Below are positions 49,301 to 57,010 of a DNA stretch of 63,343 bases, one piece after another (position 1 is the first letter of the stretch; each line of letters begins with the position of its first letter). The stretch covers positions 1 through 63,343 of IMG/VR virus record IMGVR_UViG_3300027749_002909; one strand, given 5' to 3'. Position numbers and translations under genes: made by a program. The DNA is from a virus (lineage: Duplodnaviria > Caudoviricetes). The notes under the pieces were generated by a model. That model did not search any database, had not been told where the DNA came from, and was given only the letters and a program-made list of their open reading frames with translations.

Positions 49301-52300
49301 ATAATAATTTGATGTAGTAAAATTATATATTCTGCTCAACGGATAGATACTAGTGTCTAATGTGTTAGCAAATGAATACGTATTGGAAATGAACGGTGCC
49401 TTTGACGGAACCATGTCGCTCCAGAAAAACGACTGACTATCAGATTTAGATGCTGCTATCTTATCCATTGCCCCGTCAAAAATTTGTGCCGGCGTAACCG
49501 CAGTTGCGTATGGTGTTTTATTAACTGTATCAATCAATAAGTTTTTAAAATTTACATACTGTCTGCTGTTGTATAACAACGAATTAAACAAATTGTGATT
49601 TTGTTTACGCAAGAAAGTTCCGGGGAGTACCAAGCTGGCACTATTTTGAATAATTCTAGTTCCCCATGGAACCAAGTTACCCAAATCACGATAATTGTTT
49701 GAACCAAATACAATACCAGTTGTATTTGGATTGTTGAAGAATATACTTTGATATTGTCCTCGTATGTCACCGACACTTGCTGTAGTGATATCTTCATTCA
49801 ATGGATTGTTGCTTAAGTTAGTAGGTACTTGATAATAACCAGTTGCGCTAACTTGGTCGCTCAAAACAAGAATTTGAATTACTGTGCTAACTGCATCAAT
49901 TGTAGGTATTAATACCTTAGTTGAATTTTCAGTTACTGTTACTGTGTATAGAGTTGAATCAAGATATGTATTATTCACATATACTTGTACAGTAGGCCAG
50001 TTAGTTGAACTAGAACTAACCGGAGCAACATCACACGTAAACTCATTTACCGGTGATACAATGGTCCAGTCAAAATCAAAAATTTGATATTGTACGCTGG
50101 GTGAAACCGCAGTTTGCCAACCCAATTCTCTTACAAAGTCTACTCGTGATTGATAGTTATAGACATATCCGGTGTTTACTTTTTGTGTTATTGGTGTTGT
50201 TCCTGTAACATAATTAAACGTTTGAGAATTCAATGTTACGTCAAAACTTATGTCACCCACGTTAGCTACTGCACTATAACGAATGGGGAATCCTAATACA
50301 GAATCATTTGCACCAATACCCAAACCATATGAGAATAATGTACTACCAATAAATGATGTACCTACATACACTAATTTGTCGCCAAAACTTATCCCGTTGT
50401 GGTCAAATATATCAAATCTAGGTGCTTGATTAATTTGTGTTTTTTGTTGCCCTGCATACCAGTTAACACCATTAAAGTAAAAATCTTTACCCCTGTTATA
50501 GTAACCGCGATAGATTGCAGTTTGCTCATCTGGTAAAACTGCTCCATCTTCTGCTTCAGTCAATGTAATTACTGGAATAGAAGATGTGCTAATTGTAGAA
50601 AAGCGAGAAACATAAATTTTGTTTCTTACTTCTATGTTTGTATCTGCTGCGAATACAACTCTTGAACCATCAAACAATGAGTAATTGTCTAGGGTAGTAT
50701 CCGCAGATACTACTGACGCTACTGAGGTTGCAGCAATAATTGATTGGTTATCCCATGATACAGTTATTACAGTATTATATCCAACAGTAGTTACATTGGT
50801 TATATAAGTAACTCTAGGCAATACTTCTGTACTATCAGTGATATATTGACCTGCTTCAAACAATCCAAAAACATCAGTACTAGGTATTGTAATAGTAGTG
50901 CTATATGGATAGATAGAGGTAGACATTGTACCACTACCATTAACCAATACAAATGCACTACCCTGTTTTGTAGTAGATATTGTTACAGTATTACCTGATA
51001 TACCAGTAATATAATATTTGGTTCCTGAAACAATATTACCAAAAACACTTCCACCAAATGTTATCGTATCGTTTACAAATAATCCGTTAACGGAACTTAA
51101 TGCCACTTGATTAACTAATGAATACGTGTTGGTTGCTGTTACTGTAGTTACAGCACCTGTTACAGGGGCAATCACTGCATTATATGCAGTGTATCCAGCA
51201 GTATCCGGATAGTAGTTAGCTTGTCCTGCAACTAGACTAAATGCATCTGTTGTTCGTGTATCTATAAAGTCTATTGGATTTTTACCCAAAGCCCCTGCAT
51301 CAAACATTCTAAGATTTGGATAGAATTCAATGATGGGCCGTTTTGCTTTATTTGCATCTACCGTATATGTAGAAACCAATAATGGATTATTATTGTATGC
51401 TGCGCTTGCATTAATAACATCAATATGAAACCAACGATTGCTTCTTGACCAGGCATTTCTATTAATTGCATTTCTGGCAATTGTGATATATTCGGGTGTT
51501 ATTGGTATATATAGATTGGAATCATAATTACCCACATCGTATGCAGTAGTATCGTATGGTATGTATGCACTTTCTGAAAATTGACCCGGTGAGACTAGTG
51601 TTGCAACTGGTATTAACTCAATTGCAGTTCCTACACCTTCAACATAGTATTCAACATTATTGAAACTTGCGGGAAATATATCTCCCTGAAATAAAACTTT
51701 TAAACCATTGGTGAATACTACTCCATTAGATGCAGTATAATTAGTTTTTCCTAAAATATCAGTTATAACATTAATTTGATTTGTTTTATTATTTTGAATT
51801 AAATTAATAATCCCTACTTTGTTAGGAGAAGTACCGTCTTGGTAATACAGTGTGTCAAGTATAGCACTGTTATAAGGAACTAGAGAAATAAAGCCTGCAG
51901 TATTTCTATAAAATCTTCTGTTTATCCATTCAGTTCCAAATGAAGGTATTATGTTTTGATTTGTAGGGATAACTCCTGCAGGGGTTAGCTGAATTATAGG
52001 GTTATCAATTTCACCTATTAGAGTAATAGTATAAAAATTAGCATTTACTTCGCTATAAAAACCACCTTCATAGTTATTATAATTTGCAGAAGATCCGGGA
52101 TAGTCAGTTGCTTCATTATATGCAACGCCACCGTCTTGATCGTACAATGTTTGATCGTAAAACTTTTGAACATACCCGGATTCGTTTTCAACTCCTGTGT
52201 TATAAAACATAACGGTTAATCCGTCTAATGCAGTTACTCCGTCAATACCCCCAATAGAATTCACTAAAGCACCGTTAACTTCACTAAAAGGTAAAGTAGA

Positions 52301-53080
52301 TACTACTCCAACTGGATTATTGCCGGGAAAATTATATTCATCTAATGCATTTTTTTTCGGTACTGTAAAAGTTACAACACCTTGTTCAGCACCATTATTT
52401 GAAACACCATATACATCACGTGTCTGTACGTTTGGTTGGGTTGGACTTAGTCCGGTTACGCCCGGGGCTCCCTGAATCCAAAACTGAGAGTTTTGATTTA
52501 CAGCAAAAGTATAAGTACCTCCTCGTAACAGAGTTAATGTAGGATTAGCACTAGGTACAGGTTGTGTCTCTGATGAGATGAGATAGTAATTAGGATTGCT
52601 TTGAACAATGTAGTTGGCAGTATTGTATACAATACTTGATGAGACAATTACACGTTCAGGACCCGTTGGCAACCAATAATATTGATTAAAATTAATTATC
52701 TTATCTAAATCAGTAAATGAATCCCATGAATAAAATTGGCTAGTAAATAATCTACTATTATTTTCAGTTATACCACCCTCAAGATTTAACCCATCAACTA
52801 TGCCAGGATAACTAATAAAATCATTAGCAGTTGTTTCGTTTTGTTTTAAGAATACAACACCCGGATCTAATTGATAATCTTTTCTAGTCTTATTAGGTTC
52901 AGTTACATAATAATCATTAGCATTTACACCGTATCCAAATCTACTACCTACATAACCCTGAATCTGTTTAGTATTGGGTTGTGCTACCAATTGGTCAAGC
53001 GTTGCTGCTAGAAATTGACTATTGGTTGTGGTTTTAAATATTTCTGGTAAAAAATCTAATGTTCTAATTCTTGTTGCCAT
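34352..53080 (-). CDS. Giant 6242-aa baseplate wedge/adhesin-like structural protein
   Basis: Uninterrupted ORF after the gp6-like gene; EVKPYH motif like gpI/gp7-type wedge proteins; FG-GAP-like blades, Asp-box (SxDGxTW) repeats, ~14 repeated beta-domains ending YY[VI]. Confidence 0.8.
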   Translation of the reverse strand: MATRIRTLDFLPEIFKTTTNSQFLAATLDQLVAQPNTKQIQGYVGSRFGYGVNANDYYVTEPNKTRKDYQLDPGVVFLKQNETTANDFISYPGIVDGLNLEGGITENNSRLFTSQFYSWDSFTDLDKIINFNQYYWLPTGPERVIVSSSIVYNTANYIVQSNPNYYLISSETQPVPSANPTLTLLRGGTYTFAVNQNSQFWIQGAPGVTGLSPTQPNVQTRDVYGVSNNGAEQGVVTFTVPKKNALDEYNFPGNNPVGVVSTLPFSEVNGALVNSIGGIDGVTALDGLTVMFYNTGVENESGYVQKFYDQTLYDQDGGVAYNEATDYPGSSANYNNYEGGFYSEVNANFYTITLIGEIDNPIIQLTPAGVIPTNQNIIPSFGTEWINRRFYRNTAGFISLVPYNSAILDTLYYQDGTSPNKVGIINLIQNNKTNQINVITDILGKTNYTASNGVVFTNGLKVLFQGDIFPASFNNVEYYVEGVGTAIELIPVATLVSPGQFSESAYIPYDTTAYDVGNYDSNLYIPITPEYITIARNAINRNAWSRSNRWFHIDVINASAAYNNNPLLVSTYTVDANKAKRPIIEFYPNLRMFDAGALGKNPIDFIDTRTTDAFSLVAGQANYYPDTAGYTAYNAVIAPVTGAVTTVTATNTYSLVNQVALSSVNGLFVNDTITFGGSVFGNIVSGTKYYITGISGNTVTISTTKQGSAFVLVNGSGTMSTSIYPYSTTITIPSTDVFGLFEAGQYITDSTEVLPRVTYITNVTTVGYNTVITVSWDNQSIIAATSVASVVSADTTLDNYSLFDGSRVVFAADTNIEVRNKIYVSRFSTISTSSIPVITLTEAEDGAVLPDEQTAIYRGYYNRGKDFYFNGVNWYAGQQKTQINQAPRFDIFDHNGISFGDKLVYVGTSFIGSTLFSYGLGIGANDSVLGFPIRYSAVANVGDISFDVTLNSQTFNYVTGTTPITQKVNTGYVYNYQSRVDFVRELGWQTAVSPSVQYQIFDFDWTIVSPVNEFTCDVAPVSSSSTNWPTVQVYVNNTYLDSTLYTVTVTENSTKVLIPTIDAVSTVIQILVLSDQVSATGYYQVPTNLSNNPLNEDITTASVGDIRGQYQSIFFNNPNTTGIVFGSNNYRDLGNLVPWGTRIIQNSASLVLPGTFLRKQNHNLFNSLLYNSRQYVNFKNLLIDTVNKTPYATAVTPAQIFDGAMDKIAASKSDSQSFFWSDMVPSKAPFISNTYSFANTLDTSIYPLSRIYNFTTSNYYGVLVYLTRTTDGVTSVTQLTTGIDYTVSTNSPSLTVTLDLLANDIITINEYNQTYGSYVPNTPTKLGLFPATIPSITLDTAYTPETYFIVGHDGSYNKLYGTYNTTTGQLNDYRDQVLLEYETRVYNNLKLSNVIPVQLYEVLPGFFRDTGYSYDEFLQIYSESFLNWVGENRIDYKRQVYNRNNQYTFNYRDSGNKINQQPIEQGYFRGLYLYYYDTSTPNVTPWEMLGFTKQPSWWTARYGAAPYTSENLVLWGDLAAGIDWNNGNPIVLPRFVRPQLLKVLPVDSAGNLVSPFVSILGNYNQNTFNRDWKVGDVGPAEFSYRRSSTWPFDLMRILALTKPAEFFNLGVDVDNYKYNVEFNQYLVNDRSHLVVADVAIYGNGTPATSYINWIVDFEKQVGIDATANITTLLDNLDVRLVYRLAGFSDKNLLKFYVEKSSANSNNSSLLIPDESYGVLLYENQPFDRIVYSSVAIQITENGFKVYGNSQTNAYFTTLVPKINNNTDKVSIENLSAVLARDFYDKVALIPYGTEFYNVQQVATFLNSYGKYLESQGVKFEEIENGIPINWPQMVAEFLYWAQIGWEVGSIATINPAANTLSIDKDSHIVQPLTLRETNFVLNQNLYPIQSRDLLILRQNTAFAATPLNVGDSISYGQFNISNIEHGIVFNNVTLFNDIIYNLVTGLRQYRVYLRGAKSADWNGTVDAAGFILNQDNITEWVKEIKYTKGAIVRYKNRYWAALSIIQAQEVFNEREWKETPYAEIQKGLLPNSSTRSYESTLYYDTDKANLENDADLLSFSLIGYRPRDYMALADLTDITQVNVYKNMIKEKGTLNAASAFKGANLPQGGINYDIYENWAIKSGEFGGVLNNNFIEFRLSQPDLTGNPSIVGLTAGVYNEGVQQEVPLYSVFNYGRPINTVDILPTISNTQLSSLYPTAGYVNYNDVKMASYFYSGLATARNSSGTVIPISQFYVRDYVWLANYLADWQVYTPASLGSIVNAQNNLNGTVTITFGQAHTLKTYQIFAIANFNASINNYYIVAGVVDPFRVIINLSLDPNTINITGLGIGFRMQSQRVATAPEIINLPLLDNEFNKLKVWVDTNNDGSWAVYRKTLNYQYDKEILRNNSQTFGSAVAYTSKMGYLIGDSAAGEVYRYTYDNITDSYRVVQTIAHGVSFGSYISYADDLFVISEPTITPNVYVYQLITNTLVDTVSLLQTIVAPNTIGNWGSSTSMSGDKKWLYISDIESNRVYVYRQSTITKLYELVNILTVAGLVSGDNFGYSLVTDYYGDTVVVGAPDQNYDTTIENYGYTYIFARTSQNFEAQTSSQAYTPLTFQLAFTPSTLSTTANSISSNAITLGSVSGLTDGATGTPIVFTGTPYGGVAANIVYYVKLISGSTITLSLTRDGDTLTLTNSTGTMTATGQISPLYLTVNGTLLEDNMYAVVGSILNVYSGLTPTLNAGDIINVGSSEFTLAQTLTNEETPRIGVQFGTSVDTNTFANEILVGAPFELSEQNYEGAVHRYTNGGEKYGIIIGTANCNITTPRTILLNGFQVTLPIGDATTAANAINLSSIINVYAAATNGKLIITLVDIALGVAGSKLSLTILDSDTLGEMGVVLYKQTQKINSPHLQGRTQFGTVVKFGTSGSIVVSAPVGTRYAATTFDFTDDEIDNDTVFDNNATQWTDTFTNAGAVYMFDYLSAYNENLDNPGKFVYAQSTNAKDLDYGSQPYYGSALDFNENRVVVGATNFSPTTNANDTNGQVVTYISASNNPDWTVYRSSSAIVDINGIANIQLFSATTNNTLENLDYIDPLQGKLLGAVAENIDVVSNVDPAGYNNSGNTQSGLVWVADKVGQLWFNTANSRFINYHQNDIVYNSKYWGRVFPGSTVTVYSWIASNVPPAQYQGPGTPYNIDNYVIESIINAEGTLTPVYYFWARNTNIIFERLGKTLADSTLEGYIANPQASGISYFTPLLPSVFGLYNCFDFINATDTVLHIGYATGTNDDVAHNQYSLIRANYADDFLDGLPGSAAGYQNHAAVGITSPIGLYNRMLDSMCGVDNSGAVVPDPFLPKLVQSGVLARPRQSFFYNRFGALKNYLQYANAILSQFPIIEIRNPQFLYSSGEFYDTAAYWSLINWWAPGYSNNTKSAIQVAIYADLSTLNVASGTIVTVATNGNGNSETYRYDGAGVWTRIGLENGTIEFSSYLWDYSSARLGFGDNFFDTTPYDEFPSVETRYIVRALNEEIYTGELLIFRNKSLILLFDYIQSETVENQNYLPWLNKTSFLDVSHTIRELRPIEVFQSDNQDFLSGYLNEVKPYHVVIKDFLFKYTGINVYEGDITDFDLPAKYNSSIDQFVSPQLVYANPSGVDQYLYTDPIWQDVSYSQWFNNYGLSIIGQNGYQISVLTSYLSLNSSSCFVDNVSGFPVVGTILIGTEEIGYNSRNLATNELTGLSRGVNGTTVSVHIPGEYIFIDLPAVLVLNSGRAYAEPPRVTAYIDLNTYPIPRVVAQLEPIMSLGAVIGVNVIDPGEGYAVLPQIIIDPSLVVSVNSTQVSIVSNTIQLISPLLQTGDLIVYTAAADSTKISGLIDGQKYYVNLLEVTPYPIIALYSSYLDALNDQNRIVLVNAGSGTQNFSIGAVASCITSSVPTRENIIALRFDRTSYTSQVIPWEAAGFYGAFYAGSFNNSSKVSSSAITLESTQPPISSILASADGAAFEILDVANQQTLTWSSRTRNTIQTYGSASLYPNTIRINPTVGGADVNDNIGSTIGFYVGMPVKFEGAAVGNLINYTTYYVKSLVKLPNPTTSVLEDTGFTISSTVDVDGNPGATFTLSTATVPVAGLTMFVGQLTNQAVLTVNYDAIRNATATTATTNNVTVLLTATGLAGTTGFYVGLPIYFTGNVFGDVVANEKYYVTTVIDAQTFTMSTVSDPTVLTCTATSSSNNSVTCSSTLGLTVNEPIIFTGNTIGNIVAGTTYYIRELFSGNTTFSVATAVNGSAVILTTDTGSFTVTSQINAVPLSTGTGSMTLNVAVPISPGQVTGQEFTLYETSSQYTGVSGTVSNLTTREISATLSTVNRVCLLSNTGGITNIYTGMRFKVASNIGGLLAATPYYTITDSGITSITVTSTTGTNYLVCADTNVLYEGMPIIFSGTSLGQVALNVIYYVKQLVSATDFTISEVPGGTDYTTNTDSGTMYGSGEPYIEVADTLTNATGAVVFTQVTVTAPIFDVSYILGGYRTIIQLAGEGYAVDNTITILGTSIGGTTTSNDLLLTVLTIDSIGGVTSAIASGTPAGTVTNYYLKVISENQMAVYSNSILTAPVTGQNFPYVGTTSTTATIATAANNRFTVTSSTSFNLNDLVVFTGNVFGGVTLGQTYYVLSKPTTTTVTISETLGGTVFDITTNASGSMTMAKSGDYALLPEPFFFSSSIVKYNKQVYQCIISNNDNEFILGKWELLDSGNRRLNALDRIIGYYQPTVNMPGVDLTQLVDGITYPNSNYLGNAFAPADEFILDTILIDQPFAVTGVDLKTIVWNGITYLAGSDTATYSAISASVDTNNWTITKLTNQSIGITDILFAGSQYVLTSTNSATPLLVSDNGFVWITNGAFTPYDSTPYDITNFDLSSLIVPSSFLNSAAYHNGVYVAVGSNIISSIDLYSWTERYQFTSSALTNQLNSVAYVSTTGFTGFVAVGAGQYLDNGIAVDVGIIFTSTDGYTWNQVTFTATNYGFNSIAANSENIVIVGNNGVVFTSTNAVTWFAQSSGGIDDLNNIIWDNDNSLFVVVGKNGTIKTAPINGITWTSQTSGVTQDLTSVVWNNDLAQYVTVGYNNTILISSDAITWTASAVFETAPSAYNIQGDAFLSGYGPEEMVPGVVSDTIMMTVATRPGTNWDETIYQHVGYNVVSKEIAPTSGSQTDYSFAHIVTTPAQLSVFVIDYTTGVSTTIYENIDYAIDWINKLVILNTPLVFVSQGVSNILRIDVYEVGNGDQLVKANTETDPVRLNLITGFQEIYVNANYSADIYNGSGLIRPTTEPIEILATATDGISNAITCTSVIDFVLNSPITFSGAVFGNIVEDQIYYVKSISGISNKITVSLYYNSTTGTAGETFELTTAVGSMTAIIQVGTGVVWTPPAVYDNGTQLVLGTLASVFKTKAITNTITTNSTGSFIPNTTIVFSDTIFGGVIVPHQIYYIKTIYDNNEFTISETVGGSELVLTNATGGATLITNDFAIGIADNGITAALIFANNFNVTEHYISYSLFGQTYPIQYGYTIPQVQIFAGNGSSSLFYLDNYVGDTNTTSAIVEINGIRQTASAYTISAVTNTILFNSPPALDSSIAVTSYNLTERQYFNTQYGVTGSTGSTVTTITVSNTVHSVASFDENSPNTYTFDEDSPEIVLFDQELNYLTLGSGTTASLLLNYPIIFNSPTLGGLIAGVTYYVTEILSSTDFTVSTQLGGLPTVVTTDTGTMTGVVNGVTVANIVYINNSITPPAATVNVNSTDASDYISCDSTTSLVVDQNIIFKAPIFAAGSFGVGKIYQITTLIGTTQLQWNTTAGTVGVVYAVGDIFTAATTGSGTGQALLANVGGIDTTGQVYFIKDILNLTDFTIADEFGTLINLTNSSDNIQGYMGGSPAIRVTTGINNNLTENALVRIDGTLGSIQLNNNTYYAKIISSTVFDLYSEPYNPALNAINYPVIFASNYISGGYVWKDGIFTIDSDFEQVNVDRLWVTINGYRVPSSSLKLNANNNLSILSTIVTGDSIIITSMMPTATPNEEVYLLNVSTTNRAAVYRANVQTRTWLTRSLSYTDQTIYLNDISRITDTVVQNVITPSIIDGKYNIGLSSNKNVICHLTVYNNTTATEVNSNNYKIIIVDTAPILQISAQVTTGDDLTITSVEGRLLYINGEQIGFGECNLALNTVTKLIRGTNGTGEQNYIPLYTEVFGLIPNNRMSDVLYQSTWNPIPGIYNPVEGDPLQIAYTQGAIFLRTDIS

Positions 53081-53108
53081 CTTTATAATCTCTGTGGTTA
53101 TATACTAC

Positions 53109-56100
53109 TTATGCTATCTGTAATTCAGCGGGTGTAAGTGCTGCAATGACTATAACATCATTGGCTGTGGCAGCATTTACAAATATTTCGTAAGGAGAAC
53201 ATTTTATTTCATATAAGTCACCAAATGCCATTGTGGGGTCGTTTGGTACTAGTACACAAGAACTAACTAGTTCACCAATAGCATTATGAATGTATGCGCT
53301 TAATTCACTGAAGTAAAAAGTATCTCCAAAATTCCAATTATTAATATTAAAATAATTATTCATTTGTGTTAGTACAGCACTGCGAATTTCACTATCACTA
53401 GCATTGGTGTTAGAGTTCTTAATAACCTTGATTGTTCCTCTAAGAGCAGCAGCAGCCTTAGCACCAAACAATGGTTTAAATATAACGCTGTTTATGATAA
53501 CACTATCACTAAGCATTTTAAAATCTTGTACTTGACTATACTGTGTAGTTAGTTCACTGATAGTTGGACGCATAGGGATAGGTACTGTGTTTGTACTATC
53601 TTGAATATAATTCTGATATTGAGTGTAATAAGCCTGAGTAACTACATACAAGTCAATGATGTTTGTCGTAGCAGGATCAATACGAGTAGTATTGTTACTG
53701 TTGTGACGATACTGAAATTGTAATCCTTGACGACCTGGTTTCATTGAATATTGTGGTTGTGCCACTAAAGTATAGTATGGTGTAGTAACTGTAGGATCCT
53801 GTACCGTAATATAGAATACATTATATTTTCCTGCTGCGTTTATTTCATTATACGCATAGAACAGTTGACCCAATGGGTAATCATATTTTACAACTTCAAT
53901 CTGATTGGTAGTTGCATATTGATAAGAAACTGAGGTACTAGCAATCAATTGCTCACGTGTTAGATTAACTGCATCTTGTAATTGCTCAAAGAACGTATAG
54001 ATACCGACGTTGGTATTACCTGTTATATACCCGGTTACTTCATTGAAGAAATCAGGATTCTTTACGATTGTTCTGTCATTAACGTCAATACTAGCAACTT
54101 CAACTTCAAAGTCATCAATGTAGCCGTCACTTTGTACAGTTTGTCCGACTATACTAGCAGTAACAGCTTCACTTAATGGGTAATTAGAACCTGGTTGTGT
54201 ATTAGTAGTCAATACCTTTACAAAGTCTTGCAATATTACACCAGAGAAAGGATCATATACAAGTTTGCCGGCTTCATACGTGAATCTAGTATCTGCTACA
54301 CTGCCAAAATAATATGCTAATGAACGATAGGTAACAGTATATCTGTTATACCCAACACTTTCAAAATTTACAAAATAATTAGCATCATTGTATCTTCCCA
54401 CTGACCAACGCTTTTGAGCAATGGTTAATGAATTATTGAATATGAGCGAGAAATTTTGTTGCAGTTCTAATTTGATTCTAGCTTCTGATATTACAGAGTT
54501 AGGTAGCACATTAGAGAACACCGGTATTACTGTAGTTATTATTGCGCCTGCAGGGACATAACCATTTAATGTTATAGGTCCTGTGCCATTAGCAAATTGA
54601 CCTGTACCATTATTATATCCATCTCCAACAACATTCAATACAGTAGTCCATATGTAAGTTATATCAGATGGACTAGCTATTCCACTAACTAATCTGTTGT
54701 TAGTGTCAAAATAATAACCAGCCGGGGCGATAAATTTTATCGTTGCACCTTTTGTTATATATTTTGCATTGTATGTAGAATAAGTGCCTGTTGGCACAGG
54801 AGTTTCTGCACCATTAGTAATATTGTAAAAATAACCGGTTAAACTATTAGCATCTACTGTGCTTGTTTTCCAATATAGTGTGCCATCACCTGACGCAGAA
54901 TCAATCGTGTACCTAGGGTAATTTTGATTATAATATTGAACAGAACGATTATCCGAAAGTATAGCAGCTAATGTATCGGTTAGAAAGGTGATGATATCGG
55001 TTGAGGTGTTAATCACTAATAAAGCATTACCGTCAGTATTGTTTAACCAAATACCACCGTCATTTGAAAAACTATTAGTACTGGAATATTTTCCAGTAGG
55101 GTCAAGTAAATCTAAATTTTTACTTACACCAATACTACTGCGATTAATTGCTTTACTCTTAATAATAGAACTATACAATGTATAAGGGAAGTTGTTATAA
55201 TCTTCACCATTAACCATACGATTTTGAGTATAGTAACGACTTGGGGCACGTTGTTTTATATCAGCTAGTGATTCACGTACTTGTGCATTTGTTACTGGAG
55301 TTTGCAATCCCAAACCAAGTGTGAGTGTTTCAATGCGACCTACTCTACTTACGTAAGATATTGAAATAGAAATACCTTGCATTTCGTTTGGATCGATTGT
55401 GTAAGTTAATGCATTGCCTGCACGTACATATGCTCTGAAGTTGCCTACAGGAATATTACTGAATACACCATCACCAAACACATAACTTACCTGGTCATTA
55501 AATCTGCTGTTGACAGAGAATATATTCTTAACACTAGACTCAGTTTGTAAATATGCATCTGCATAAACATTGTCTACTTTTTTCCATATACCAAATGAAC
55601 CATTAGCTTGACTTATTTGATATAACCAAGTGTCTGTGTTGTTGATACCTTGAATATCAATATCAACAACTTGATTAGCTATTTTTTGTTGCAATGTAAA
55701 ATCAAAATTCTGTAATGTTCCTTGTTTAAAGTAAAAGAAGAATCCTGTATTTGGGCTGCCGTAACCTAATTTGTCATTACGATATAGCATATTAAATTTA
55801 TTTGTGGGCGCAGGGGGGATTTCATAAACATAATCTTCTCCCACTGTTGTGACACTGCACAACTCAAAGTTCATGTTTAGTCCACCTATAATAGATGTAA
55901 ATGGTATTGCAGGCAAACTAGCTGCGGGTATTTGCATGGTGTATTCTTCTGTTTTCACACCAAGAATTTGTGCAGTATTACCCGGAGTTCCTATTCGTTG
56001 AGTATTAATCAATGTGGCATTAATAATGGTATTGAACTGATCTAGCCAATTTGAGTTTGCAGGATCATTCCAAAGTACAGGAATATTACTTAAATTAAAA

Positions 56101-56501
56101 CCGTTAAGGTCAGTCAAATTCTGAGTAGTTCTAACGCTAGTTACTTTTAAATAACCCTGCCCTGCTAAGTTTCGCTTAGGAGTATAGCTTACTAAATTAG
56201 CTAATTTGATAACGCTGTCTCTACGTTCAGCAGTATCAATAAAGTTTTCACGGGTATTTAAGTCGTTACGAAATGCAAGACCCTGACCCATAAAGGCCAT
56301 TACGTCTAATAGTGCAATAAATTCTGAACTTTCAATATAGTCATTGTATGTTTCAGGATAATACACACGCAAATAATCAATGAAACTTTTACGTAATGTT
56401 TCATAATCATAGCTGCGGAAATCTGCTTCACGGAAAGTTTGGTAAATGGCTTTCCAGTCATTTACTCCAAATAATGCTGATTGTCTAGATGAGGTTGCCA
56501 T
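53109..56501 (-). CDS. gp6: Baseplate wedge subunit, T4 gp6-like
   Basis: DYETLRKSFIDYL, NDYIESSE, ENFIDTAERRDSV..LA..VSY.P, FGDGVF, QNRMVNGEDY. Confidence 0.85.
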   Translation of the reverse strand: MATSSRQSALFGVNDWKAIYQTFREADFRSYDYETLRKSFIDYLRVYYPETYNDYIESSEFIALLDVMAFMGQGLAFRNDLNTRENFIDTAERRDSVIKLANLVSYTPKRNLAGQGYLKVTSVRTTQNLTDLNGFNLSNIPVLWNDPANSNWLDQFNTIINATLINTQRIGTPGNTAQILGVKTEEYTMQIPAASLPAIPFTSIIGGLNMNFELCSVTTVGEDYVYEIPPAPTNKFNMLYRNDKLGYGSPNTGFFFYFKQGTLQNFDFTLQQKIANQVVDIDIQGINNTDTWLYQISQANGSFGIWKKVDNVYADAYLQTESSVKNIFSVNSRFNDQVSYVFGDGVFSNIPVGNFRAYVRAGNALTYTIDPNEMQGISISISYVSRVGRIETLTLGLGLQTPVTNAQVRESLADIKQRAPSRYYTQNRMVNGEDYNNFPYTLYSSIIKSKAINRSSIGVSKNLDLLDPTGKYSSTNSFSNDGGIWLNNTDGNALLVINTSTDIITFLTDTLAAILSDNRSVQYYNQNYPRYTIDSASGDGTLYWKTSTVDANSLTGYFYNITNGAETPVPTGTYSTYNAKYITKGATIKFIAPAGYYFDTNNRLVSGIASPSDITYIWTTVLNVVGDGYNNGTGQFANGTGPITLNGYVPAGAIITTVIPVFSNVLPNSVISEARIKLELQQNFSLIFNNSLTIAQKRWSVGRYNDANYFVNFESVGYNRYTVTYRSLAYYFGSVADTRFTYEAGKLVYDPFSGVILQDFVKVLTTNTQPGSNYPLSEAVTASIVGQTVQSDGYIDDFEVEVASIDVNDRTIVKNPDFFNEVTGYITGNTNVGIYTFFEQLQDAVNLTREQLIASTSVSYQYATTNQIEVVKYDYPLGQLFYAYNEINAAGKYNVFYITVQDPTVTTPYYTLVAQPQYSMKPGRQGLQFQYRHNSNNTTRIDPATTNIIDLYVVTQAYYTQYQNYIQDSTNTVPIPMRPTISELTTQYSQVQDFKMLSDSVIINSVIFKPLFGAKAAAALRGTIKVIKNSNTNASDSEIRSAVLTQMNNYFNINNWNFGDTFYFSELSAYIHNAIGELVSSCVLVPNDPTMAFGDLYEIKCSPYEIFVNAATANDVIVIAALTPAELQIA

Positions 56502-56553
56502 AGTTGTTCTCTTTTAAGTATTTATCATACCTGAGAACACGGTTTTTTAAGGA

Positions 56554-57003
56554 TTACTGCAAAACTGCAATATTAGTAGAACTATTAAAGAATACGTTTA
56601 ATAATAGTGCTTGATTGAAGGGAGCAACAGCCATCTCTACTTCAAGCAATATTCCAAGTTCTTGCGGGTATGCTCTTATTGAATTTAATATCAATCTAGG
56701 GTCTAAATTAGCGATTCTACGTATTTCATTTTCTATTTGAAACTGTACGTCTGCGGTGTTTGGTTCAAATATGAATGACCACAATGTAGTTCCATATTCG
56801 GGTTTACCGACTTTTTCACCCTGTCTAATGTTTAATGAATTAACAAAATCTCGTAGTACTAACGGGACATCTACTAGTCTAAATTTATTTCCAAGCTGAA
56901 CTGGTTGGGTAGTTGAACCCACTCCACCGCTAGTACCTGTAGGTAAATTAGTAGACCTAGGTACATTTGTGTTTATAGTGCTGAATCCGATATATGAGGG
57001 CAT
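56554..57003 (-). CDS. gp25: Baseplate wedge subunit, gp25/GPW-like
   Basis: IRQGEKVGKPEYGT...FEP...DPR. Confidence 0.9.
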   Translation of the reverse strand: MPSYIGFSTINTNVPRSTNLPTGTSGGVGSTTQPVQLGNKFRLVDVPLVLRDFVNSLNIRQGEKVGKPEYGTTLWSFIFEPNTADVQFQIENEIRRIANLDPRLILNSIRAYPQELGILLEVEMAVAPFNQALLLNVFFNSSTNIAVLQ

Positions 57004-57010
57004 GACGTAT

